Shown: in pieces, positions 10,177-22,188 of the stretch
How the letters are laid out: every line of letters begins with the position of its first letter
Position numbering within the stretch: position 1 is the first letter of the stretch
Source of the DNA: Thelocarpon superellum
Lineage: Eukaryota
Length of the DNA stretch: 44,615 nucleotides
NCBI GenBank assembly: GCA_026025795.1
Contig: JAPEUG010000108.1
Span: forward strand, 1 to 44,615
Reading direction: 5' to 3'
The notes under the pieces: model-generated
Database searches by the model: none
What the model was told of the DNA's origin: nothing
Seen by the model: only the letters and a program-made list of their open reading frames with translations
Position numbers and translations under genes: made by a program

Positions 10177-13100
10177 CTACTTGACCGGACGGGGCGGTTT
10201 CTGACCATCCTCGGCGTTATTGGTCAGTTCCGCCACTCGCGCCTTGATGCGCGCGACACGCGATTCGATGGCTATCGTGGGTCAGGTCAGCATGGAAGTA
10301 ACGTCAAAGCAGGCCCGAAGAATCACGTACTCTCCTCTCCAGCCGCGTCACCGAGGTCGGTCTTGACTGCCGGACCAGGCTTGCCTTGGCCCTTGCGCTC
10401 CGCTGCTGCTGCCGCTGCCCGGGAGGCCGCGGCATTCTTGCGGATCTGAGCCCACCGATCCTTGACTGGCGACGGGTCCTGCTTTGATTCCTCCACCTTT
10501 TCCGCTGCTCGTGCGGAGGTCGCGCCACCCTTGGTGTTGGCTGAAGGTGCTGGTGTAGGCTCTGGCGTGGACGCAGTCTCACGCGCAGGGCTATCTTCGG
10601 GTACGAATGCGGGCACGTCTTGCAAGGGCCCTTGGTCGAACGAGGAAAAGGCCCTGGCCGCCTCCCGTTCCTCCTCCGCGGTGATGCGGGATGCCGCCTT
10701 AGCCGCGTTGCGCCTGGAGGTCGAGATGGGCGCGGGTGCAGAATCTCTCTCGGGCTCTTGCTGCTTGAGGGAATCGATGAGGGCTTGGTTGGCCGGATGA
10801 AGGGCGGGCTGACTGGGGGGGGCCACCGCCTCGGTCTCGGGTTCAGGTGCGGGCCGGGCGACTTCCTCATGGGTGGGTTCCGGTACCTCCTCCAGAACTG
10901 GCTCTGAGACAGGCTCTTCCGCAGGTATGGGCACGTCGTCTGCGACAGGCTCGAGCGCCGTCTCGTCAGTTGCTTCGGGAGCGCCCTCGCCCTGGTCCAC
11001 AGGTTCCGCCTCGGTGGTGTCCGCCGCTTCGCCATTTGCACTCGCCTCAGGAGCCTCCGTGGGCTCCACGGCCGCCTCGTCGACCGATTCGGTGGGCGCA
11101 GGGGCGGCATGACGAGAGGACCCGGGAGCTTTCTTTCGTAACGTGGATGGCCAGCGACCCACTCCAGATTCCTCGGAACGAGTGGCTCCGGCCTTGGCCG
11201 CGGCGCCGTCTTCTGCCTTCTTCCGCCCAAAAAGTTTCTTGAACCCGCCACCGGTTTCCTTCTTCTTCAACTTGTTGCCCTTCCGCAGCTTCTCCGGCGT
11301 GGATTCGGCCGAGGCCGCCGCAGTTTCCACTGCGGGGGTCCCCTCGGGCAAGGGAGTAGACGATCGTTCGTCGCCGGTCTGTGTGACGGTCTTGGTAACG
11401 GGCGGAAGAGGTTTCTCCGGTCCCGTCGCCGTGTCAGGTGTGCTAGCCTCGGTGAAGGCAGTCGGTCGGCCCTGGGTCGCGAGCTTCTTCGGAGGCGCCG
11501 CATCCCTCGGCGTGCGCTTTTCTTCCCGTGGGAGCGCTGGGAGCTCACGGTCTGTCACGGGCGATGTGAGCGTGGCAACCGGCGACGTAACGCCCGCTGT
11601 GGGCGTCCCCGCACCGTCCGATTTCTCTTCAAGGATAGCTAGGGCCGATGAAGATCCTCGGCCGGCCCCATTGTTGCCGAGGTAAGCCTCACGGATCGCA
11701 TCCTTGTCGAACTTGTTGGCCCACTTCATGGCCGGAGCGGCCTCGTTCAGGATGACCGGCTGGAGGGTAAAGATGCTGGCGGTCTTGGTGGAGAAGCCGT
11801 CGCGGTCGCGGGCACGACGTAAGAGGCTCGGCTGCCCGTCGATCTCGCCTTGTCCGCGCTGCTTCTGCTGCAAGGCCGCGGCGGCGGCCTGGATGCGAGC
11901 ATGTTGGTCGGGTGCAATGTTGGCTTTGCTGAGGACCGGTGGTGTCTTGCTACCAAATGTCGTCACGGGAGGTTTCGCCGGCGCGGGATTCTTGCGGAAA
12001 GAGTTCTTGCCCTGCGTCAATTTGCCTCGCTTGCTGAAGCCAAATCGGCTCTTCTTTTCGACAATGTACGCTCCCTCTTCCGGAGGCGGAGCCGCGCCTT
12101 TAACCTTCTCCTCCACGACGAGCCATCGCCCGCCGCGGATATTGGTCTCCAGGAGTGCACACCGACCAAACACGGCCTTCCGCTCGGTGGACTCCTCGCC
12201 CGCCAGACTGCTAATCCACACCCACCAGAAGCAATCGTCGAGGTCAAGGGCAGTGATGCTGGCAAGCTCACCCGGATCAAGGTCGGAGCCATCCGCCGAG
12301 CGGCCGTAGGACTGTGAGCTGCCGGTGCGATCGGTGTCAATGGGTGGAAGGATCTTGTCCGGCGGGAGAAGGAGGGGTGGCGGACTCCGGTTGCCCTTTT
12401 CATCGGCAAAACCAGCCGACAGGAAATCGGCCCAAGAAGGAGTGGTGGGTCGGCCAAGATCCGCGGTGCGCGAGCGCGGCATCGCGTTCAGACCACGGGG
12501 TGGGCCCTGGCGTCGATTCGCGGACAGAGGGCCTCGCTCCTCTTGATCGGATTCATCCATGAGGCCTGAGAAGCCAATGTCTTCGAAGCGCGACCACGAG
12601 GCATCGCGGAGGCTGGTGGAAGCCTTCGAGCTTGACACGTCGGATTGGTTGGTAGATGAGATGCACTTGAGCACACGCAGACACTCTTCGGTCAAGGCGT
12701 CGACAGGGTCATCATAGCTGGCAAAGGCCTGCAGCGCTCGATCATTGGCGCGGTATTCGAAATGCTTCGCGCGGCGGAGCAGGGCAAAGGGAGTCGGGGA
12801 GACGGAGTCAACGATCATCACGACCTTGGATGTCCGGGTCTGCATCAGGGAGGGCGCCTCGGGCGGGTATTCCGTGCCCTGCACCAGCTGCTGCAAGGAC
12901 AAGGGTAGCTGCGAGATGCCGTTGATTCCTCGCACCGACTCGGGTGAGAGGGAGCGGAGGTAGGCGAAGAAGAGATGGCTCGTGGCGTCCGCAGCTCTAC
13001 AAACTAGTCAACAAGGGAGCAAGTCAAGTCAGAGGAGGCTGATGTACTTGGCCCACGACCGATATCCGCCCTCGAAGCCGTCGCCCGAGTCGGAGTGCTC

Positions 13101-13885
13101 AAAGGCCCACCAACCGGCAAATCGGGACAGTTTTCGCCCGCCAAGACCATTGGTCTTTCCGTGCGCGGCGATGGCAGCCATGAGGTCAAAAAAGTCGAAG
13201 ATGATCTTGGTTCGAGCGTCTGAGTCCACGCTAAGTGGGATGAAGGTGGCGAACGCATCTCGGGCTTGGTTCGAGTCTACAGAAGGGTCAGCGAGCGAGC
13301 GCAAGATGAAGAGCGTGCGCGTACCATGCTCGCCCACTCGGAACAACTCGTAGGCGTCCCAGGAGACGACGCCGCCAGGCAAACGACTCCAGCACCACTT
13401 GACCACGCTGCAGAGGACCTGGCCCGGTGAGCGGATGACTGTGCGACTACAGGACAGCTGACATACCATGGGCTCCGTCAACCGGAGTTCTTGCTGTAGT
13501 TCTTCGATGTCCATATGAGCTCCTCGAGTGCGGCTCGGATTGAAGTAGTTGCGGATGAAGGTCCTGGCGGCGCTTGGATCGGAGGTTGGACGGAACGGGA
13601 GCAGTGTGAACGGAACATCCAGGGCTGGAGAAAGGTCAACCACTAGATCTTGCACCGCGATGGTGACATTAGGACCTCACCTCGAGATTTCAATTCCAGG
13701 GTGCATCCCCGGAGAAGCTCCTGGACCTCCTCGGGCTCGACATCCTTGCGAGTCCAGGCGTCCTCCCACTGAGGTTTCTGCAAGACGGGCGTGCTGGAGT
13801 AGCCATCTTGCAATGGCTTCCCGAGCTTGGAGGAGGAACGGGGGCCGTCCTTGCCGCCGAAGACTTTGGAGAAGAAGCCCGGCAT
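10177..13885 (-). CDS. Msb1/Mug8-type morphogenesis protein (DUF1708, RhoGAP-like N-terminal domain, long disordered tail)
   Basis: WEDAWTRKDVEPEEVQELLRGCTLELKSR|ALDVPFTLLPFRP...VVKWCWSRLPGGVVSWDAYELF...AAIAAHGKTNGLGGRKLSRFAGWWAF, then FWWVWISSLAGEE...KAVFGRCALLE. Last exon TIESRVARIKARVAELT...K* follows an intron at about 10273-10330. Confidence 0.8.
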
Positions 13886-16270
13886 GTGAAATAGTGGGGG
13901 ACGGGGCAGGACCCGCCGACTCAGATGCGCGGAATGGAGGAGGGCGCAAGGAGCATTGGCACCGAGGGTGTTGGCGGAGGCGGAGGCGGCGACGGGGACG
14001 GGGACGAGGATGGTGATGAGCGTACGTATGGTCACTCACTCATTCAGCTCGCGATGAGGAGATTGGGTGGCAGAGGGCAGTCAGGCATTCCTCCACAAAA
14101 AAGTGAAAAGGAGAGAGAGGCCTAAAACGTTCCACCCTGGGCGGGACGTGCGCCTAGTGGCGGAAGGTGGACAAAGTCCTGAGGTAGGGGGGGGATGAGC
14201 CAGACCTGCAGCAGCCTACAACGAGCAGCCGAAACGATGAGCTGGCAACGGACGCAGTGATCCGTACAAGTACCGCAGGCCTATCTAGAGAGTCCGGTCG
14301 CTAAGCCACTCCACCACCATTCGGCCGCGGGTGGTTCATGGGAGGATGGACTGGAGGAAGGTGACTTTACCATGCAACACTGACTTGGCTGGGTCAGGGG
14401 CGTCTCAGCCTGGTGGCCAGGCACCGCGTAGTTTGACCACCGGTATCAACCACTGGGTCGCACTCGTACCAACACCTAGGCAGTTACGACGGTCAAGCCA
14501 AGCAATCTTACCTTCTTCGTCGAGTTGGTCTGGATCTCGTGGCGCCGACTCCTACCACGAAACGAGGAACTTTTGTACGCTCGTACCTGACTCGTACCCA
14601 GCAGGTACCGGGAGGGACGTGCCAATACTGGGTCGAGGCTATTCTTACTGCAGCGTTCGTGCGGCAGTACTAGAGAGTGCGGTCAGCGAATGAGCGGGTC
14701 GATCAGCCCGCTGGGAAGCCTCAGGGAGAACGCCCAAGCGAAGGCCAGCTGCAGCCTTGGGTGCTGTCCAGCCAGTCCACAAGCCGGTTGGTGTGATTAC
14801 AGGGATGGGCCAGCATGAACAGGCTCGCCGTGGAAGCCAATAGGGTGGCTCGCCGACGGAATTACTTACCGATCCACCCGATGGTCCAGGTCGGCGGCCG
14901 ACTGGGAGGTACCAACAGGTCTCGAGGTGTGTGGGGGCCGTCGACCCTGATCCTCTATTGCGATGGTGAGTACTCCCACGCCGAACCACCCGTACCGGGA
15001 GACCGGATTTGTATGGAGCGGTACGTCTAACATACCTGTATGACTGTGGACTCTTGCTGTGCAACGGCTCCGTCATGTAGAACAAGTTACATCGCTCGCC
15101 GAGGGTTTTACGGCTTCGGTCAAAGTCCGTGGCCCTGCTGAACAAGCGTCTCAGAATGCCAGAATGTAGTACCCCTTCGTCTGTTCCGCAAGATTCTGCG
15201 CCAGTTGAAACATTGGTACGTCGCCGATGCGAGATTGAGGCATCATTGATTATGTCACCACGAAAAATCGCTCACACAGCGCTGGGCGCACGAGCAAATG
15301 GCTTATCAGATTCCACGTGCGTTGACATTCTAAAACGCCGTTCTTGTGCTTTGCACGAGTACACGTAACCCCCGTCGGCCACGGGCGTTTTCGTCCAAAG
15401 CGGCCCTGCCAAACCTGGAGGTGGCTGAGACCTGCGTGTGTGGGGTACATTCGTCCCCACTGTTATGACGTCGATTGCGCTCTGATACCACGCATAGACG
15501 AAGAGCGACGGAGGCGAATAATCATACTATGATCAACATTCGACAGGTGCTGATGATCTGATCGTGCTAGTGCAAAGTACCTTGCAAACATCGTGGTACT
15601 GTTCGCGACCTGTGCGCGTTCCTGATAGAGCGCGCGCGGATCGTGGGCAAATTGCACCTCGCCATGCGACCCTCTCATGGCCGACCAGCACCGCGTTTAA
15701 AGGTCGAATGCACCGCTCGTCGGCTGTCTGATTGTCTATCTACTGGTCGACTACTACTAGTAGTTGTTGTAGTAGTAGATACGGAGACTACGCCTCTGGT
15801 AAATGACGGCGAAGATCTGGCGCTTTGCAGATACACGGGTTGCTGCTGGTCGATCGGACCTGACAGGTTTCGTCCTAGCTTGCCCCTTCACGGCCTGGCG
15901 CAACGCGAGCGAGGTCCCTTGTGCCCTGCCGCCGCATCGTTCTGGTCTCGAAGAAGCACCTTCCCGGGCTACGTGGCAAGTGTCAGCGTAGGATCTGATA
16001 TTTGCATGATGTTGATTCCACGGCATATTAAGACGGCCTCGAGGCGCGCGCACGGCGCGGAACCAGGCCCTGGTCAACATTAATTGGATGCGCGGAACCC
16101 TCCACTTGGCGCTGCATCCAGCTACCAAGCTAAGTTTAAGTACGTCTCCCAGCTACCTGGGCGAGTACCGCGGGAAGAAACGGATGTTACATAATCACTA
16201 CGTAGGAGTAGCCGCTCTGGTATCCTCGCTTATGTTGGCTGCTCGGAGCGCTTGCGATGGAGCGGCGCTC

Positions 16271-16280
16271 CTATATTTAG
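16271..16280. promoter_or_regulatory. CTATATTTAG, a perfect Rlm1/MEF2 consensus site (could also serve as a TATA-like element)
   Basis: Matches CTA(A/T)4TAG, about 410 bp upstream of the rlmA ATG. Confidence 0.55.
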
Positions 16281-16689
16281 GCGTCCGCCCTCACTTTTAG
16301 AACACACCACATACCCCGGCCGCCGGTCCGACCGTATCCCAGCGCCTTTGGACACGCCGTTACGCCTTTACGCATTTACGCCGCCGTCTCGCGTCCGCGT
16401 CCGCGAACTCCCTATATTACGAGCGTCGCCGCTCACGATCGTACTCTGGGCCCGGTCCAACCCGCGCCAGGAACTGCCGTGGGTCTGGGATTCGGGTGTC
16501 TCCACCTCGGCGTGCGCCACCTCGACGAGTCCGTGGCCTGTCCAGGCATCTGCGCAGCGGGCGCCGCCCTCCCTCCGCCCCACCCAGTCGATTACCGAAG
16601 GGATCGCGCGTGTATCTCCACCGATCCGATCCCGAGTCGAGTCGAGCATCGTCAGCCCGTAGGGTCGGACGCGACCGCGGCCGCTCGCG

Positions 16690-18524
16690 ATGGGGAGAAA
16701 GAAGATTGAGATCAAGGCAATCAAGGATGACCGCAATCGCTCGGTGTAGGTGACCCGCGGCGGTGCCCTCGCTTCTCTTGGATTGCGTACCTCGGCTGAC
16801 CGCTGGATCCCGGATGACAGCACCTTTCTCAAGCGCAAAGGTGGTCTCTTCAAGAAGGCGCACGAGCTATCCGTCCTCTGCTCCGTCGACGTGGCGGTGA
16901 TCATCTTCGGGCACAACAAGAAGCTATATGAGTTTTCGTCGGGCGACATCAATGAGATCATTGGGCGCTATCAATATGTAGGTGTGGCATGACGTGGCGA
17001 TCGCTCCCGTTCCCGGGTCTTAATGCTCATGCGATATAGTATGGCAATGCACATGAACACAAAGGTCCATCGGACTTCAACGGCGGCAAGGACGGGGACG
17101 ATGAGGATGACGACGAGATGGCGTCGCCACCACCCGGATCGCATTCGTCGCAGGACCACCCGATGATGCCCCACCAACTGCATGAGCAGCCGGGGTATCA
17201 GCACATGCGACATCATACCCCATCGGCCTCTCCGCCCGTACCGAATGGCGTGCCCTTCCATCACCATCGACACAGTACGCCGTCGGCCGCGACCATCTCG
17301 CGGCCGACGTCGCGCACGACGATGCGACGACCGAGTTCTCACCTAGTGCCGCAGAATGCGCACGCATCACAACCTCCGCCCGCGCACAACGGCTACGCGT
17401 ACATGCCGAACCCGTCCATCTATAACCCCCAAGCGTCAGCGGGCATGCCGATACCACCCGAGACCAGTCAGGCAGGGTCGTATGCCTACCCGTCGCAGCC
17501 AGCACCGCACCCGCAAGCACAGCAAGCACAGCAAGCGTATCTGCAAGACCAGAGGCGCGTATCCCGGCCGCCGTCGTTCGCGCCCGATCGGCCCCAGGCG
17601 CCAGCGGAGCCATCGCCACCGCAGCCGTGTCGACCGTCGGAGCAGGCGGCGTCAGACTCGCTGTTGGAGCCCAAACGCATGCCGGCCAAGTCCCAGAGTA
17701 TTTTCACGCCGGTGGAAGAGAGCCGGTCCCTGCTGGCACGGCATTGGGGCCGGGGCACGTCAAGCGGCGAGCCCGAGGCGCCAAGCGAGCCGGCCATCAA
17801 GGAAGAACCGACGCAAGCTTCGCACCGCGCCGACATGCGGGCGGCGCCTCGGCCGGCTCCGGTGGCAGCCAATCCGGGCAGCAACCTCTCACAACGGCCC
17901 AGCGGACCGCCGACGGACCATCAGCGCGCGCAGTCCACCTCATCCAACCCCGACTTCGCGACTCCGTCACGAGCCGAGAGTGTGCAATCCGCGTCGGCAC
18001 CGGGCGGGAAGCGGCCCCGGTTGAAGGTGCAGATCCCCGACGAGGCATCCGACGCTGGGAGCGCGACGGGCGAGTCTTCGCCCAAGGACGCGGAGGCGAC
18101 GGGCGGGGCGCCATCGACCAAGGGCGGCACGGAGGGGAGCCACTCGTCGGGTGTCGTCCTCCCACCACCTTCACCCAGTGCCAGCGCGCTGCTCAGCGCG
18201 GGGGCTACTGGTCCCACGAACCCCTTCAACCCCTTCCCACGCCCCAACCCGCCGGGCGGCAATAGCAACGAAACGCCCATCTCGGCCCTGCCCAGCCGGT
18301 TCATGGCGGATGGTCTTCTGCCCTCCCCCTCCGCTTTCTACCCTGAGTGGGGCTTTAGTCGATCGAGTGGCGAGTCCAACATGCTCCCGAGCCCGCTGAA
18401 CTTCCAGACTCCCGTCGCGGCCAATGGACCGTCCTTCTCCCGCGATGACGGCGAAACGATGAAACGGAAGAGCCCAGAGGGAGAAGGATCGGAGAACGCG
18501 GGATCAAAACGCATGAAAACTTAA
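16690..18524 (+). CDS. RLM1: MEF2-type MADS-box transcription factor Rlm1/RlmA, 3 exons
   Basis: [59 protein letters not shown]. Later motifs: QSIFTP, MAPK docking-like [21 protein letters not shown] and [10 protein letters not shown]. Confidence 0.95.
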
Positions 18525-19724
18525 GCGCCATCCGGGCGTCCGGCCCCTACATTGTCTTGTCAATACGTCGTCGCTGCATCAGTGCCGGGTTCATCCGTTC
18601 AGCGTATGTGGGCGGTCTCCCACGGCGACCGCCGAGGTGGATTCTATTCCGAAACCACCATCACAGGCGGCGTCAGGCTCTTGGGAATGGCGTTGGTGGT
18701 TCAAAAGATGTCGTCCCACGATCGTTTCGAATTCTGCTGTACATTTGGGATTCTGCCATTTGACGGGCTCTCGCGCCCGAGGGGCACGACGAGCTACGAG
18801 GATGATTGCTCAACAGATGCTGTGAACACATCGACACGTTGTGCTGTCGTTCTTGTATTCCGGGATTGACGCCAGTTGGGGTCACAGGCGTCGCCCGGAA
18901 AACGATAAATCGCGTGTCGATGCCGGGCAATTTTGATCCGGTCACGTGGGATGGTAGAGATAAATAACGTGCCTTCGTAAGCGAGATCGGGCCCGTGATG
19001 GACGCACCGACCAGGCGGTGGCAGGACGCATGCACACAGGCAAAGCCAGGCGCTGTCAGCGTGTCTCATTGCACGCGAGGCACGAGGCGACCCCCGACGC
19101 CCATCCGCCGGCTCGTAGGCTCCACAGAGTCCCATACTAGGAAGGGAAGATGCAGCCGACCAGTACCAGTTCGAGGGCTTGTTGGTGCTGGATGGAAGAT
19201 CCCGATCGACTGGTCCAACCACTCATGCTCCGTCAACGCAACTGCCACTCGACCCTGCCGGCCACGTTGTCGATCCAAGACCGGCGTTAACGGACATCGG
19301 ACGCTACGGACAACACCTGACCGTGAAGTTACCGCTAGCCCCTGCAAAGCATCGGCGGGACGTGCTTCATCCATGCGTCGGGTGCCGGATCCACCCTCAG
19401 CATTAGCCTGCTCTCCCGCCGCGATGAATAATGAGCTAGTTTGCAGCGACGAGAACAGGCCAGTCAGCGACGGCGTTGCGCGCCCCAAAACACGGCAACG
19501 GTCGGGTTCCGATGTCCGTGGCCGAACGACTTGGTCAGCATCGACGACGACGGTCTCCACTCCCGTGCTGGCGTCATTGCCCAGTCTAGAATGGCTAGGT
19601 TTTTAATCGCTGGGTTCTGCACCCTGCGCCGTCAAAGGATTTGTCTTTTGTAGATGGTGAGCCTTCTGAGTGCAGTCACTCCATCCTTCTCAACTTTCTC
19701 CATCTGTCAAGGCAAACGTGAACC

Positions 19725-21734
19725 ATGGCAGACGAAGCGAAGCAGCTGGACGCGCCCGGCGTGGCTCCGGCGGCGCCCGCACCTGAAGCCACCACGTCGA
19801 ATGACTCAACTGCTCCGGCGACCGTCGGCGACGAGACGGCCAATCCCCGAGACGACTCGCCCGCGAAGAGCTCGCAAGAGGACGCGCCGGCCGCTAAGCC
19901 TACGGAGCCCACCCGGGAACGGTCAAAGTTGGAGATTACGGTGATCATGCTCGCGCTTTGTGTATGTCATTCGACGTGTGATGATCGAGACAACGGTTGA
20001 CGTGCCCCTGCCAGATGGCCCTCTTCATTGCCGCCCTCGACGTGACCGTTGTTACCACGGCGCTCCCCACCATCACCGAATATTTTCAATCTGCGTCGGG
20101 GTACCAATGGATCGGTTCTGCTTATCTACTGGCGGCGTGCGCGGCCACGCCGTCGTGGGGGAAACTTAGGTATGCCTGTGGCAGGAGACGAAAACTGGTC
20201 AGGCAGAGGCTGACGGCCACAGTGATATCTGGGGACGCAAGCCCATCATCCAGACTGCCATTCTGGTTTTCTTCCTGGGTTCTGCCTTGTGCGGCTGGGC
20301 CACGAACATCAACATGCTCATCGGTGGGCGGGCCGTGCAAGGTATCGGCGGCGGTGGACTCATCATCCTGCCCAACATTTGTGTGAGCGACATCTTCAGC
20401 ATGCGCACAAGGCCCGCATTCTTTGCCTTGATTGGGGCAACATGGGCAATCGCTAGCGGCGTGGGACCCATCATCGGAGGCGCCTTGACCCAACGAGTAG
20501 GTTTCAGGTGTACGACGATGGAGAAGCGGAGGTTGACATGCTTAGGTGTCCTGGCGGTGGTGTTTCCTCGTCAACCTGCCCGTAATTGGCGTCGTGTTTT
20601 TCGTGGTGCTCTTCTTCTTGAAGCTGAATACACCCAAAACGCCGTTGGTGGCGGGGCTTAAGGCGATTGACTGGCTGGGTATGCTTGCCCACTTCCAGCG
20701 CCCGCGACGTTGACTGATGAGCAACAGGAAGTATTTCGATCGTGGGAGGCACGCTGATGCTCCTCTTGGGACTGGAATTCGGCGGAGAGACCCACCCATG
20801 GAACTCGGCCATTGTGATCTGTCTGATTGTGTTTGGCCTGTTGATGGCGGTGATCTTTGCCGTCATCGAGTGGAAGGTGGCGCAGTACCCCGTGATCCCG
20901 CTGCGGATCTTCAGCAACCGATCCAATCTGGCAGCGCTGGGCGTGTGCTTCTGCCACGGCTTCGTCTTCATCAGTGGCTTGTTCTACCTCCCGCTCTATT
21001 TCCAGGCTGTCCTCGGCGCCGGCGCACTGCTCTCAGGGGTCTACCTACTCCCGCTGGCCTTGACCCTCTCCTTCAGCTCGGCGGCGACGGGCATCATCAT
21101 CCGAAAGACCGGCCGCTACCTGGAGCCGATCTGGCTCGGAATGGCCATCATGACGCTGGGCTTTGGGCTCATCCTCAACCTCGACGCCGATTCGTCCTGG
21201 GCCAAGATCATCCTGTACCAGATGGTAGCAGGTCTCGGCATCGGCCCGAATTTCCAGTCGCCGCTCATCGCGCTCCAGGCCTTCATCTCGCCGCGTGACA
21301 TCGGCACCGCAACGGCCACCTTCGGATTCACGCGCAACCTGTCGACAGCCATCGGCATCGTTGTGGGCGGCGTCATCTTCCAAAATTCCATGGCGAAACA
21401 GTCCGCCCAACTGGCCGCCGCCCTGGGACCGAAAGTGGGATCGCTCCTCTCCGGCGGCGGGGCAGGCGCCAATGTCGCGCTGATCTCGACCCTGACTCCC
21501 GCCCAGCAAACAGTCGTCCGCGCCGCCTTTGTCTACTCCCTGCACCGCCTGTGGTACATCTATATCGCCATGGGCGCCGTCGGCTTGCTGATCAGCTTCC
21601 TCATCCGCAAGAAAACGCTCGACAAGACTCACCATGAGACTCCTACGGGCCTTCAGACCCGTGCCGAGGCCAAAGCGGAGCGCCACGCCGCGAAGGCTGC
21701 GAGGGATAAGCCGACGGAGAAAGCGGAAGTTTGA
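19725..21734 (+). CDS. MFS drug/toxin efflux transporter, DHA2 (14-TM) family, multi-exon
   Basis: LFIAALDVTVVTTALPTI, WIGSAYLL, WGKL|SDIWGRKP, GRAVQGIGGGG, GPIIGGALT, WRWCFLVNLP and YLPLYFQAV motifs, with canonical introns. Confidence 0.92.
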
Positions 21735-22188
21735 GGTATCAGGCATAAGGTTCGAGTGCCATTGATGCTGCTGCGACTCTTGCATGGTCTGGGTTCAATG
21801 TCCGCTGCATGAGATATCAAGCATAGAATGGTGTGGTACAACCCAGGACAGGATAGGGATGGGATGGATGTATGCACGCATGGCACGGAATGCCACCCTC
21901 TCCCCTTGCTCTGTGTGTGTCTCTCTCTCACTCTTTCTCTCCGAGTCATATCCTCTCCCAGAAGTAGTTAGTTATAAGTCGGACCTAATACCAAGGCGCC
22001 TGTACAAAGGAAAGTCGCGGCAGAGAAATCAAAGCACGGCGAGGAGAGGAGGCATGTTCCAGCTTTGGATGGAGAAGTGTAAAGTGTATCGTGTAGACCC
22101 ATGGATATGTGAGTCCGCAGCGCGGACGTAACGCAGCACGTAACATACAACGTAAGAAGCACCCCCGAGCTAGCCAACAAAGAGCCAA

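Noticed and set aside
15751..15779. Inverted repeat CTACTACT...AGTAGTAG
   Set aside because: Low-complexity trinucleotide runs, with no target-site duplication or element body.
19725..21734. MFS efflux pump as a marker of a secondary-metabolite cluster
   Set aside because: No PKS, NRPS, terpene synthase, tailoring enzyme or Zn2Cys6 regulator nearby; the neighbours are housekeeping genes.
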